A stretch of 63,188 bases of DNA, counting the filler, from Globobulimina sp. (taxonomy: Eukaryota), in NCBI GenBank assembly GCA_003354225.1. It is 39 parts of 39 records of this genome, joined end to end, with 100 filler letters (N's around TTAATTAATTAA, not from the genome) between each part and the next. Parts side by side here need not be neighbours in the genome. Positions count along the whole stretch, not along the records: positions 37,331 to 38,853 come from PIVH01015349.1; positions 38,954 to 40,476 come from PIVH01015350.1; positions 40,577 to 42,099 come from PIVH01015351.1; positions 42,200 to 43,722 come from PIVH01015352.1; positions 43,823 to 45,345 come from PIVH01015353.1; positions 45,446 to 46,968 come from PIVH01015354.1; positions 47,069 to 48,590 come from PIVH01015355.1; positions 48,691 to 50,212 come from PIVH01015356.1; 31 more parts are not named here. The stretch is one strand, 5' to 3'. Position 1 is the stretch's first letter; each line of letters opens with the position of its first letter. Below the pieces are notes generated by a model. It searched no databases. It was not told where the DNA came from and worked only from the letters and a program-made list of their open reading frames with translations. The position numbers were made by a program, and so were the translations under genes. This document shows positions 37,331 through 50,495 of the stretch, in pieces.

Positions 37331-38802
37331 CAATAAAATCAGAATGATCAACCTTAGGATGATCCACAAGATACGTAATAACAGTAGGTAGAGAACTGGA
37401 CGAAATAGAGGGTGGTCGCGCAATACAATCTAAAAATGCTCTTTTATCTGCAACTAAAGCACCATCAATAAATGCTTCAAATACCTTATTAACACCGCAG
37501 TCAAACGCATGTTGTACAGCAACTGTGCCATCAGACAGTACTAACAGTGCCTGAGCGGGAGCAAATGAAACCAAATTGGCAGCTTCTAACCAGTTTTTTG
37601 TTTTGATTAAATTTTGTAAATCTCTAGTTGAACCATGTCCTTTTTTAAATGCTAGACGATCCATTCTTGCAACAAATTCTAATACTAAAATGGATGAAAT
37701 CCAACAATAAATCAATGTTGCTTTTCCAAAGGAATTCTTGATGATTAATGTATGTCTGGTCTCAAACTCTTCAACTTTTGACGCTTCAAATTTAATGCTT
37801 GCAAATGTTGTAATCAATATCAAATACAAAAAAGAAGATGAATATTTATACCACAAAAATACCCGAACACTACTAAGCCAACAACGGTTTTTGCGTTCTT
37901 GAATTGTAAATCCCCAATAAAAATATAACAATGTGCCTAATATCATAATATTTCTGCTCCAGATACTTAGATAATTTTATTTATGATCATAACAATATAA
38001 GGCTAGCCGGAGGTACTGCATGATTTTCAGATATGTTTGTACATCATATGATAACTTATCCGAACAAAATCCATGTTGGTTCTAAGTTATGGTGACAATG
38101 GCAATTTAAATTATAAAAACACGTATTGTATGTTGTTTTTTATGAATACCATGTATAATATATAAAGTACATATGTACAAACATACATTTATTGTACAAT
38201 TTGTGTCCAGCCTTATATTATTTAATGTAGTACCTTAATGTTAAAACAACAATTAATTCGACTCCAAGGATTACACCCAATCCATAGCCACCAACAGAAA
38301 CCCAAATGAGTGCTATTAATGTAATACGGTTCGTCACCTCAACAAATCTGCCAACTCTCCGATACATGTACTTCCAATTCATAATCGGACAGGATTTATA
38401 TGAAAATTCATGATTTTGCCAACTTTCCCCAACCAATGACTTATCATCGGATGATATTCGGCTCGTTAACGTCCACATTGAACTGACCAAAGACAAAGCA
38501 ATGACCGGATCGATCTCATTTGCTTTAATCGTAAAAACCAACGAAATAAATATTTGCGGTCCACTCTCAAACGTTCCTTCAATTAATTGTAGCAATCTTT
38601 GGGCATTTCCAGGTTCATCCGTTTGTAACTTGTAATTCAGCCATATCGCTTTAACCATCATTAAATCCAAAAATTGGAGGAATGTATCATTCAATGACTT
38701 GCTAAACGAATAGATGACAACACAGGAAATCAATTTGTGGACAGCTATGGTGGCGATGGAGCAAAAAAATAATGCCGCATATAAACAATATACAATATAC
38801 AA
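37331..38802 (-). CDS. XK-related-like multi-pass membrane protein (two or more exons, partial)
   Basis: LIEGTFESGPQIFISL motif and many TM segments in ORFs 38218-38802 and 37331-37946. Confidence 0.55.
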
Positions 38803-38845
38803 TATACAATATACATTGTGGACAGCTATGGTGGCGATGGAGCAA
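38735..38845. repeat. 30-bp direct duplication flanking a (CAATATA)n microsatellite
   Basis: TTGTGGACAGCTATGGTGGCGATGGAGCAA at 38735 and 38816. Confidence 0.8.
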
Positions 38846-38953
38846 TAAACAATNNNNNNNNNNNNNNNNNNNNNNNNNNNNNNNNNNNNNNNNNNNNTTA
38901 ATTAATTAANNNNNNNNNNNNNNNNNNNNNNNNNNNNNNNNNNNNNNNNNNNN

Positions 38954-40476
38954 AAATCCAGAATATATGTCACATGTCTTAGTGGACTCGGGTGTCAGTC
39001 GACATATGTCTAACTGTATTGATTCAATGTGTGATTATGTTGCTTTTGAGTCGAGTGAACCAGTTTATTTGGGAGATGGAAACATGGTTGAAGCACTGGG
39101 TTATGGTAATTTGTTGATTACATTGCATTTTGATGATGGATCGACCCTTCATGCAAAATTATTGAATTGCTTGTATATTCCCACATTTACCTGTACTCTT
39201 TGCTCTGTCTCAGTAAACTGTGATACTGGTGGAAAGACTATTTCATTCGATAGTGAACGCTGTTGGATTTATGACAAAAATGGGTGTCTGGTTGGTAGTG
39301 GACATCGTCATGGAGGCATTTATGAATTGGACTGTGTTATGCGAAAATGCGGGGGTTGTCATTCAACAGCCCCCATGAAAGGTAAACGTTTTGTATCAGT
39401 TGATAAAAGGTCTGCCTCTAACTTTTCAGTTATGCCACATGCAAATGAAAATGTACACTTGGAAAGTGATGACATTGGTCAGTGGAAGCATGGAGATACA
39501 TACCATTCAGTGGTTCAGAAGGAGTCAAATGTTGGTCATGCTGGAGAGGGTCACCAGGGTCAATCATTGGAAAAGTTTTCTTGTCTGGCTGCATATGTTT
39601 CAGATGCACAGACATGGCATCGGCGATTTTGTCACTTGGGTGAGCAGAATATGGCCAAACTTTTCAATTCTGACTTAGTGCGTGGACTCCAAACCAATTC
39701 AAAGAAGATATTGCCATGTGAACCATGTCAGTTGGGCAAAGCTACAGTACTCCCCTATCCAGAGAAAGCTGGACATCGTGCAGATTGCATACTTGGACTC
39801 ATCCATTCTGATGTTTGTGGTCCTATCAATCCACAGTCACCTGGAGGTGCCAGATATTTTGTCACTTTCACAGATGATTACAGTCGATATACTTGGGTTT
39901 GTATGTTGAAAAACAAATCAGAAGTTTTCGAAAAATTCACTGATTGGCTCAAACTGGTGGAACATTCATCTGGAGAAAGACTGAAAGTGTTTCGATCTGA
40001 TCAAGGAGGTGAATTCACTTCAAAAGAATTTCATCAGTTCCTGGAGAAACGTGGAATACAGTATCAATACAGTACAGCTTACTGTCCTCAACAGAATGGT
40101 GTTGCTGAACGCATGAACAGAACATTGGTTGAAAAAGTACGAACTATGCTCAATGATTCAAAATTACCTAAAAACATGTGGGCTGAAGCACTCCACTGTG
40201 CTGTTTATGTCAGAAATCGAAGTCCTACTGTATCACTGAACAAAATGACTCCATATGAAGCTTGGTTTGATGAAAAGCCTGATGTGTCAAATCTTCGTGT
40301 CTTTGGGTGTAGGGCTTACGCTCATATACCAGATGCCCAACGAAGGAAGTTGGATGATAAAGCAGAAACTTGCAGATTTGTAGGATACAGTGCACCTCCT
40401 AAAGCCTATCGACTTTTCATACCAAAGAAGAAGACTGTGGTCATTCGTCGAAATGTTCGCTTTGATGAATCAGTAC
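38954..40476 (+). mobile_element. Ty1/copia LTR retrotransposon pol (protease, GAG-pre-integrase, integrase)
   Basis: LVDSGVSRHM, WHRRFCH..CEPCQLGK, IHSDVCGP, FTDDYSR, RSDQGGEF, PQQNGVAERMNRT and LRVFGC. Open frame throughout. Confidence 0.97.
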
Positions 40477-40968
40477 NNNNNNNNNNNNNNNNNNNNNNNN
40501 NNNNNNNNNNNNNNNNNNNNTTAATTAATTAANNNNNNNNNNNNNNNNNNNNNNNNNNNNNNNNNNNNNNNNNNNNCACAAAAAATCGCGCGCGTTTTTC
40601 TCCACGCGATAGTAACAATTATAGCCTTCGCAAACAGTAAGGAAAAGAAGAAAAGTGCCAAGATAATGGATAAGAGCATGTTTGCTCAATGTGGTGAATG
40701 TAAAGAATGGAAACACAACTCTTTGTACAGTGAATACCAATGGAAACAGAGCATTTTGGACAACAGGAAATGTAAAGAATGCATAAATAAATTCTATTCT
40801 GAATTTTTTGCATTGTTGAAACAATAATTTAAACAATAAGAATACAGAAACTAGTGTCTACATCAGATATATCTCATTATTAAAAAAATGCTGTTTTGTA
40901 TTATTACGGATTTCATAAAATGTATACAACTTATCGACCGCACATAAATTTAGTTTACTGATTACAAT

Positions 40969-42099
40969 TCACGTGTTACAATTGAATATCCAATATGACA
41001 TATTCCTTGCAGAAATATTGAAGTTCAATGTATATTGGTATTGATGAGTCAGTGTAATTTGTTTAAATGGCCTTTCTTCTCGATATGCCATAAAAATTAT
41101 ATCCTTAGCTCCCGTATAATACAAATCCAAATCTAAATATTGATTACTCAATGATTTATTTAATGGATTAAAAATTATCAGAAACCCACATTCATCCACC
41201 AATAAATGATTGACATGTAAAATGGCATCAACATTTTGATTATTTGGTCTTGAAATATGTATAATATCACTCATTAAAATACGTCTATATTTCTTATAGT
41301 AATGCACCCAGTTTACAACCACTTGTTTGGTCTCATTATTATCCCATAACTCATAGCCACGGATTGTTGCTGCCACACTGTAACTAAAATATTGTCCCAA
41401 TGCAAAACTATAATCATCAATATGTTTGCTTAGCGGCTCAAATATTGCATCCTGTTCACCTTCGTGATAACTCATCAATGGTAAGAACAGCCAGCCCGCA
41501 GTCACAGGCATAATATAACTCTCATCGTACATCAATTGCCTATAAATGGTCAAATCCCACCAACGCGGCAACGTTGTCGTAAACTCATTATATTGATATT
41601 TATTCCTGTTTATACCATAAAAGTAATATGGATCTGGGGAATGGATATAAATTGACTGATTCCTGTAATACAAATACCACTGTTGCTGCATATATATTTG
41701 CCGAAACGTGCTATCATCCAAATTGTTATGATATTTATGTTCTGTGGCAGCACAACTGTAACCTGGGTAGGGACCATCCGTAATGAACATAGTACCGCCA
41801 ATATCGACCCAAGTGTCAACATAAGCAGTTAAATTATCATACCATCCACTTGCAAAACAAGCGCCTAGTTAGTATTCAATGTCTATATATACATGAAATG
41901 AATGAATATGTTTGTTACAAACCTGATGGTTTAGATCCATCCACTTCAACTCGATTATACTCCGTATAATTAAGTGACATAGCTTCCAAATTATAGCCTC
42001 CAATTTCAACTCCTTTTGCGTTCGCATATTGTATCAGTTCATGATAAAAATCTAAATCAGTCTTATTATGCGTAAACATATTAAAATCTGAATCAAAAC
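40969..42099 (-). CDS. Putative glycoside hydrolase (alpha-galactosidase-like TIM barrel, uncharacterised family), partial; intron 41865-41922
   Basis: KGVEIGGY, ACFASGW, TDGPYPGYSCAATEH..H..DS and W...YKKYRRIL.SDIIHI.RP motifs. Confidence 0.6.
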
Positions 42100-42303
42100 N
42101 NNNNNNNNNNNNNNNNNNNNNNNNNNNNNNNNNNNNNNNNNNNTTAATTAATTAANNNNNNNNNNNNNNNNNNNNNNNNNNNNNNNNNNNNNNNNNNNNT
42201 CTTCATTAAATATGACCAAGAGGGAGTCCGCCGGTATGATTTAATCTGTTAACTTGTGTACATATATTTGTTAACTTGTGTACATTTACATGTTTTTTTT
42301 TAG

Positions 42304-43124
42304 AAATAACAAAGAAAACAAGTAAAGGCTGTAAAGCATTAGAAATATTGGGAATCTCTGCGAAAAAACCAAGAAATGTAACTTTCCCGCCTCCAGTAAT
42401 GATGGTACACTCTCATTCTGATATGATTTTCGCTCATTGTCCGTCTATGTCGCAACCCAAAGCGCCAGTTTTTAGTCAATCAGATATTACCACTACTAAT
42501 AAAATCATGGTTAATAGAAACGTTCAAGTCTTGGTTTCCGCGAAAGTGAAAGGCCAAAATAAATCTGTATCCGCTGAGGAAGAGAGTATGACATATTTTC
42601 CACAATTGCCATTACGCCGAGTTTCAAGTCCAAAAATAGTTATTGACAGAAACGATATTAATATTAATATCAACGATTATGATGCGACAATTGAGATAAA
42701 TTTAGATGAGATTGATTATATCGATGATGGTGCAGATGAAGAGGATGAGGATGAGGATGAATGTGTATATATTCAGTATAAAGGGGAAAATATGAATGTT
42801 GGAGGTGACAACAAATTATTTGATATAAATGAAGATGGTGAGGATTTAGAAGAGATAGATATAGATTTGGATATGGATCTAAATGGTGAAGATATATTGG
42901 AAAAAAAGCTCGAGGTCCCGGCGAAAGAAAGGAAAGGGTCGCAATTAAAATTAAAGCATCAGGTCAGTACAAGTGCTCCCGATGTGTCACAGATTGCGGA
43001 TTTGGTTGACGTTATGGGATCGTTGGATTTATTTGCAAAATATGGATTTTGTTCGAGGAATAGTGTTAACAGTTTGTATCAGTTAACAAGATATCAATAT
43101 GGAATTAAGAAAAGTTTAAAATAA
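42304..43124 (+). CDS. Acidic low-complexity hypothetical protein (last exon)
   Basis: Open frame after a TTTTTAG acceptor; D/E-rich. Confidence 0.55.
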
Positions 43125-43822
43125 TTGTTTACACGTTTTTTGTTGTGAGTTTTGTTTTACACCCTTTTGTTTTTATACCCTTTATATAATTTTGTGTTGG
43201 TCTCAAGTATATGTATTAAAATATTATGTTTTATATATTAATGACTGCCCAAAATAAGATCCGAATCAAACGTGTTTATTTGCACTTCATTCATGAATTA
43301 AAAAACTCCACCAAAACGTTTAATTGATGGCAGCTGAAAAGGCCAATAATGAGAAATACTACCCACTGTTTAACGAAGATGTTGATGTTAAAGCATCACA
43401 AATAATAGTACCTCAACGCAAGAAAATGAAAATCGAGGCAACAAAACAAGGGTTACAGTTAGTTTTAAAACATTTCAAAATGACCCAAAATAAAGATATC
43501 GGGCGAATATTGTTGAAACATGAAGCACATATTATAGATTACAAAGATACAATATATAGACCCGATTTCATTAAGATAACTATCTGGAGAGGCTTTCTTG
43601 GCAAAGACGTTTAAAATAGGAACAAGGGGCAGCCCGCTTGCTCTTGCTCAAGCCCATGATGTGCGCGATAAGTTAATTGCAGCCCATGATGACTTCACCA
43701 CGGACACGGTCGAAATCATCATNNNNNNNNNNNNNNNNNNNNNNNNNNNNNNNNNNNNNNNNNNNNTTAATTAATTAANNNNNNNNNNNNNNNNNNNNNN
43801 NNNNNNNNNNNNNNNNNNNNNN

Positions 43823-45345
43823 TTATTGTGATTGTGGCTGTTGTTGTGTATGAATGGCATCTGATGTGTACCCAATGCGGTATCCATATCGTGGTCGGAT
43901 GAATCATCGATATCGCGTTCGGGGGTTAACATCGACGATATGTCGTCGTCGATATCGTCATCCAAATCATTTAAATCTCGCCCCGCAAAGTTCGAATTCA
44001 AATGCGAGGATTGATTCTGTATACATTCAATATACAAAAAAGAAGGTTGTTTTGAGCAAAAAGTAATTGTTTAAGCTAGTATACCATGGAAGTATTGGTA
44101 GGGAGAGGAGGAAAAGAGAGAGGCTGTGAGGTCAACGTGGTGATGTTATTAATGTGTATCGGCGGTGGCTGTGCCATCAGAAATGATGTTTGCGATACTA
44201 AATATATTGATATTTTAGTGCAAGGATAGACGAAAAACATCCAAAAAAAAAAAGTGTAACCTGTCTCATGTTTGTTCTTTAAAATGTTTTTTTTATCTTC
44301 GCAGGATATGTTACTATTTTTCTCCGGCAATACGCGATTATTATTAGTGTTGATAATGGGCGCGAGACTGAATTGTGTGCTGTTTAGCTGATTGAGGTCA
44401 TACGGCAATGGCAGAGGGGGTGGAAATGCCGCATTTGAGTTAGGCGTCAATGGAATGTGTGGAAAGGGCAAATGTGGCACATTGATGCCATTTTGTGCGT
44501 GATTGAGAGGCGACACTACATTTAAAAACGGCGTTTGATACACACTGTGTGCGATATTCGCGTGTGTTTGCGGTATATGCCGTTGCTGTTCGTCGTCATT
44601 GGACTCGCTGTCACTGTCACTGTCCTCGCTGGAAGTGGCCGAGGAAGTGTCTGTGGCGACATGCGATATATTTTTGTGGTGTTCTGACACATTGACACTG
44701 TTCTTGTCGTTGCTGGAAGGCCCGCCATTGATCAATGGCATGTATGCATGGCCATTATTTTGGTTTGAAACACTGCCGTGTCCATTGGGCGTGTTTAGTG
44801 GGATCAGATAATATGCGCCGGGTTGCATGCCCGGCGTAAACGAGTACGGCTTGGATTTGTTAGCAGTGTGGCTGTGGTCCACGTGCGTGTTTTTCGTGTT
44901 GGTCGGTGCTATGGGTACGGGCGTGGTGGATGATTCGTGCGTGGTTTTACTGTCGGAGTTATCGTAGGTCACTGTGTGGTGGCTGGACGGGGGCGGAGCG
45001 GCTTGGTTGTAGTGGAAGACTGGTGGATAGAACATAGGGTTGGGCACAGGGTACGGCGTAGGCGGATGGCTATGGGGCGGCGGGAACGGCATTGGCGGTG
45101 CCGGGTAGGTGGGTGGTGGGTATATGTTGGGCATGCGAGGGATGCGGTGGTTGCTGAAGGGAGGAGGGAAGGGAGGGATGGTGTGGTTGATGACTTTGTT
45201 GTGTGTGGTGTAGGAGGGACCGAAGGGGTTTGGGTGTGGGTGTTGGTGCGGCGTGGAGCTGGACGACGGTGTGTGTGTATGTGTGGTGGCGGAGGTGGTG
45301 GATAATGGCGGGATTAACGATAACTGCGTGGGATTGGATGGTAGG
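43823..45345 (-). CDS. Pro/His-rich low-complexity protein (multi-exon, partial)
   Basis: 352-aa ORF plus flanking exon fragments; GC-richer codons. Confidence 0.55.
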
Positions 45346-45476
45346 NNNNNNNNNNNNNNNNNNNNNNNNNNNNNNNNNNNNNNNNNNNNTTAATTAATTA
45401 ANNNNNNNNNNNNNNNNNNNNNNNNNNNNNNNNNNNNNNNNNNNNGTATTTTGTGGCTCGTATATGACCTCATTAG

Positions 45477-46314
45477 ATATCATATGCGAGGTTTTAGTGT
45501 GAGTCTATTGAAAGTAAATAAGGATATATTGGCTGCTTTGGATTATGCGGTTGAACCAATTGCGTGGATCCCTGGACATAGAGTTGATATTAAAACATTG
45601 CTCCATGGCGGGATATGTATTGAGGAGGAGAAAAAAGGTGATAATATTGTTGATAATGATATTATTTTAAGTCAAGATGCAGCAAATATATTACGTACAT
45701 TTGTAGAAAATGCATTTTTAGCCATTAAAGATAAAAAAGAGGACTTAAATGCATTGGATGCCAAAGTGGGGGATGGCGATACTGGTTCAACATTGCATTC
45801 TGGTTTAACAATATTGATGAATAAAATAAATACATTGAATTTTCGGAGTTTATATTGTACGTTGCGAGAAATTGCAGAAGCATTGGCGGATATGGGTGGT
45901 TCCAGTGGTGCGTTGTATGGATATTTGTTTATTTCGGCGGCAACGAGAACGAAAGAGGAGTGTAAGGGTTCTGGTGCCAATATAAACGGATTGAACATAT
46001 CCAATGCTTTGGTCAAAGCAGTGCAAGATTTAAGTGAATATGGCGGAGCGAATCCAGGTGATCGGTCCATGATTGATGCATTGTTCCCGGCTGTTAAAGG
46101 CGTGAATGAGTATTATAAAAATAATAACAATGCAAATATAAATGAAGCAATACAAATTGCTGCCGAGCAGGCAAGTGAAGGGGCGGAAGCAACAAAGGCA
46201 ATGAAACCGAAATTTGGGAGATCTGTTTATGTGCCATGGGAAATATTGAAAGATGTTCCCGATCCGGGTGCGGTTGCTGTTGCTACGTGGATACAATCTT
46301 TTGCTCAAAAATAA
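45477..46314 (+). CDS. TKFC: Dihydroxyacetone kinase/triokinase, C-terminal DAK2 domain
   Basis: MRGFSVSLL, LNALDAKVGDGDTG, MGGSSGALY, GDRSMIDAL, GRSVY and PDPGA motifs. Confidence 0.92.
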
Positions 46315-46472
46315 TTGTAAATATTATATTATTGATTTCTTAGTGTTTTGAAGAAATTATACCGTTTCTGTATATAAAAGTATAACTGGACCAAATGTAC
46401 ACCACTTATAGCCCAGCGGGTGGTTTTTTTTTGGAATATCTTGTTTTGAGTGTCCACTAACAGTCTAACACA

Positions 46473-46925
46473 ATGTACCCCCCAAGTACTATGGAACCAA
46501 TAACTTCCGACTCGATTTGGTCAAATGAAGAAGTTACTAAAGAATCAATTAAGAAACTGCATAAAATGCAAATGGAAAATAATCAAACCAACGAAGAAAA
46601 TGCATTATTAATAGTTTCTGCGTTTGGGGGAATCGACAAGATTTTGAGTGCATATTTAAATGAGGAACTAATTACAGGCAACACCGGCGTTCTTCAAACA
46701 ATTAATCAAATTCTGATAACTCCAACAAAATTTAAACTCGCAGAAAAACAAAAATCTCAACATATAATTGATGTCGCCGCTGTTAATAATGGCAATGTGG
46801 AAGATTGCGATGTTAACGTTCAATCATTTGTTTTTAGTGTGAATAATACTTTTATCCCCAAGAGGAACAAGAATGCGAAGTTCATGTTGGGTTTAGAAAG
46901 AGTTTCTCAATACCATGAATTATGA
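46473..46925 (+). CDS. Hypothetical protein fragment
   Basis: 150-aa ORF with no recognisable motif. Confidence 0.4.
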   Translation: MYPPSTMEPITSDSIWSNEEVTKESIKKLHKMQMENNQTNEENALLIVSAFGGIDKILSAYLNEELITGNTGVLQTINQILITPTKFKLAEKQKSQHIIDVAAVNNGNVEDCDVNVQSFVFSVNNTFIPKRNKNAKFMLGLERVSQYHEL

Positions 46926-47068
46926 TTTTCAAACAAAAAGTACGAAGTCAGAATATTTATCTCGAATANNNNNNNNNNNNNNNNNNNNNNNNNNNNNNNN
47001 NNNNNNNNNNNNTTAATTAATTAANNNNNNNNNNNNNNNNNNNNNNNNNNNNNNNNNNNNNNNNNNNN

Positions 47069-47292
47069 TTTATATGCTCGGATTCAGGGATGTTGGTTTT
47101 TTTAGCAAGGGTTAGTGTTAATTCAACGACTCGTTTCGAATGTTTATCGGTTTTTGCATCACGAAGATTTAATGCCTGAGACCATCCCCTCAGCGTGTCT
47201 TTATACGCGGAAAGTAGCTCTTGATGCAATAATTCGATTTTATTTTCAGAAATTTTTCTATTGGTGATGTCTCTTGTAACTGAAAGAATGCA
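47069..47292 (-). CDS. Bacterial PAS/PAC plus HD-GYP protein fragment (chimeric join)
   Basis: CILSVTRDITNRKISE...ELLSAYKDTLRGWSQALNLRD..T..HSKRV..LTL.LA is a typical bacterial PAS-HD-GYP junction. Confidence 0.85.
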
Positions 47293-48590
47293 TAATATTC
47301 ATAGTAATATAAAATCAAAAATATCGTATAAACCAACCATTGAATGAATGTAAATAACACAATAATAAACTTACAAATACCTATTGATGAATATTTAAGT
47401 ATCACAAACCAAATATATGGCAAAAACACACATAAATTCACAATTAAAATGAGTACAATCCAATAACTCCATAAACTTGCAATTGTATTAAATCCAGCTG
47501 CCTTTTCCTGGAGATCCTCACTCGGTGTTTCTGTCGAATATAAAAAATCTCCAGCAACACTATTGATGGTATCTGATAAAAAAATCAACATTTTCATTAA
47601 AACCTATTTAATCTAACAATATCAGCGTAATATATCATGCGTTTTACATTGATATATCACACACTGTTTCATATAAAACAGTTAAATACATTCATTATCA
47701 TCTTACAAAGGCACAATACGTACATAAAACGCTACACATTGCCACTTAGCAAGGTGATAACAAACACAGTTAACACATAAAAGCAGTTCTACCTAAATAG
47801 GAATTTTTCAATACACCGTGGGAATTGCTCAAGCCTTGGAACTGAAAGTACATCACAGCATTGGTCCCCGTCGACTCGGTCGCATTATAAAACACCACAG
47901 AGATCAAACCGACATCGCGGAACGAGGCAAACATAATAAACGCCAAAATGCAAATGTTTTTGATGGCCGCTATGCAACCAAACAGCCGCTCCAATTTCAA
48001 GGAACAATTTCTGCTCTCAGCTTTGCGCAAATTCTCCGGATAATACAACTGCATTGATTTCAAATTAAATTTAACATCCAACCCTTGCACTTTACTGAAA
48101 GCACAACAAGAAATACCAAAAGTGATACACATTAAGCTAAAAAACCCATAATGTGGCACAATATATGACCAACATGTGTTCCCTATGTGTTTTATAATGC
48201 ATTTTTGTAGACAGACAGTATAAAATTGCATCGCATTACAAAATAAAACATGACCTGAAGGACACGCCTGCGTCAAATAAAAATTCGTTTCCAACAAACC
48301 ATAAATACCCAACAAAATGTAATAAATAGTAGTGGCCCACGATAAGCTTTTAATAATATCAAAGGCAAAATAGACCGAGGCGCGTTGTGGAATGCGACAA
48401 CAGCAACAATTTATATACAGCAAAATATGCGTATTGCAACGCGAACATAATATGATTAAAATGTACCCAATGCATAACAAACTAAGAAACACGGTGCCTA
48501 ATAATAAATATCCTGCGTTTTTCATATAAATCATAGTGTTTGGAATAGGGAAAAAAAGTTCCGCTGCTCCAGCTGATCCTAACCCTGCTG
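47293..48590 (-). CDS. Eukaryotic multi-pass membrane protein fragments
   Basis: Hydrophobic ORFs 47770-48534 and 47293-47597. Confidence 0.5.
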
Positions 48591-49295
48591 NNNNNNNNNN
48601 NNNNNNNNNNNNNNNNNNNNNNNNNNNNNNNNNNTTAATTAATTAANNNNNNNNNNNNNNNNNNNNNNNNNNNNNNNNNNNNNNNNNNNNAAAATTGAAA
48701 AATTTTCATATAAACGAGGTCATCCATCAAAAAAAAGGAAAATTGATAACAACTCCAAAAAAAGAAAAAGTAGAAAACATAAAAAAAACAATAATGATTT
48801 TAATGATTTTATAGTAAATGATAAACACTGCGTGAATGAGGCAGGAAATATAAATACGAGTCACATGTATTCCGATGACGTATTAAGCCAATTGGTTGAT
48901 TCTGGTCCAATGCCATCCAATCATCGAGATACTTCATGTTTGATTCAGGTCCATATTCAACATTTTCCTCATTCAACAACAACAAATGCCACAGATCAGT
49001 TTTATCAAAAAATAGAACAATAAACACCTATAATTCAATCGTTACACATTCGATCAGAGTGAATTATAATTGATGAGAATTTAATTATTTACCAATCAAC
49101 CAAAAAATCTGAAAATGCAAATTTAATTATTGTCATTGCAAGACTACTCAATAAAACTAAAGCAGATTGTACCACATCGCACATCTTACTCAATATCATT
49201 GTTTATTTAATTTATAACTAAATTAAAGTATACCACATCTTTCACAAAGATTCATTTGAAAAAAAAACTCTAACCTTGACTTTTCAGTGAAAATC

Positions 49296-50048
49296 ATGAA
49301 TTACAAATACTTTATCGCAAGATACAGCCGAAATTTCCATAAATTTCACTTGAAATATTTTATGCAACTACGATATATTCAGCACGACACAATTTATGAA
49401 GGGACAGTGGTAACGGATGATAATGAATATTTGGATTATGAAACATTGGATGATATCATTGAAACCAATGATGAATTTGATGAAATACAATATAAAACAC
49501 ATAGTTTCATAAAACAACATGAAAGCGAATACGACGCAGAGAACATAATATTAAATAACAATGCGAGTTTATCAAACATTTATCCTAAACCATATGATTA
49601 CGGACCAAAGTATGTTCAGTCGTTTCCCATTAATGAGATCATTGAATATCTACAAAAATTAGGATCCACACAAACTAAAGTATATGATGTAAGTAAGTGT
49701 GGTGACAAGAATGAGTTTGGAGAGAATATGGGCTATGCCATAATCGAAGATAAAGATTGGTTCATTCTCTCAATTGTATCAAATCACAATGATTTAGGAA
49801 ACATTGTAAAAAAGTTGATCCGCCAAGGCCATGATAGGAAAGTACATCGAGACAGCTATTACAAAGATGTCCATTCATCGTACTTTTCAGCTGAAGGGGA
49901 GTCAGATTGGTGCTTAGTTGATTTGGCAGACTCATTGATTTTAGTGTGCCACAAAGAATTACTAACTGACCCTTTGTCAATAGTCAATCAAATAAAAGAT
50001 AAGTTTTGGCGGTTCTTATATTCAACGTACTATCCATTCAAGAAATGA
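49296..50048 (+). CDS. MALSU1: Mitochondrial ribosome silencing factor RsfS/Iojap-like
   Basis: Presequence-like N-terminus; IIEYL..LG...VYDV...FIL..V.N...AEGESDWCLVDLADSLILV. Confidence 0.7.
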   Translation: MNYKYFIARYSRNFHKFHLKYFMQLRYIQHDTIYEGTVVTDDNEYLDYETLDDIIETNDEFDEIQYKTHSFIKQHESEYDAENIILNNNASLSNIYPKPYDYGPKYVQSFPINEIIEYLQKLGSTQTKVYDVSKCGDKNEFGENMGYAIIEDKDWFILSIVSNHNDLGNIVKKLIRQGHDRKVHRDSYYKDVHSSYFSAEGESDWCLVDLADSLILVCHKELLTDPLSIVNQIKDKFWRFLYSTYYPFKK

Positions 50049-50495
50049 TTTAAAAATTGGAGAAAGTGCCCAATATTTGGTTCATAGAGTCTGTCGAAAC
50101 AAATTGTGAGGTTCGCTGCACTTCATTTGAGTTTTCATCCGTTTTTGGTATTTGTGCAATTCCTTTGCTTTTATCAATGCTCCAACCGAGATTTAATAAT
50201 TTTAGACATTCANNNNNNNNNNNNNNNNNNNNNNNNNNNNNNNNNNNNNNNNNNNNTTAATTAATTAANNNNNNNNNNNNNNNNNNNNNNNNNNNNNNNN
50301 NNNNNNNNNNNNAAGAAATACTTGAAATGTATCCTGGATATGATGAGACACGAATAATAATTGGAAATTGCAAAGCAAATAACAAAGATGAAAAAAATAA
50401 TTTATGATTTCTCTGTTATCAGACGTTCAATTCTTTAATTTTACAATGCAAAAAAAACAGAAAACGTCTTCAAGTGTTAGTTTAGAATCTAATGC

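Noticed and set aside
38735..38845. Biologically meaningful duplication in the XK-like gene
   Set aside because: It lies at a contig end next to a microsatellite, consistent with slippage or template switching.
40577..40620. AAAAATCGCGCGCGTTTTT hairpin as a Helitron end or terminator
   Set aside because: Single short palindrome at a contig edge with no CTRR end or other support.
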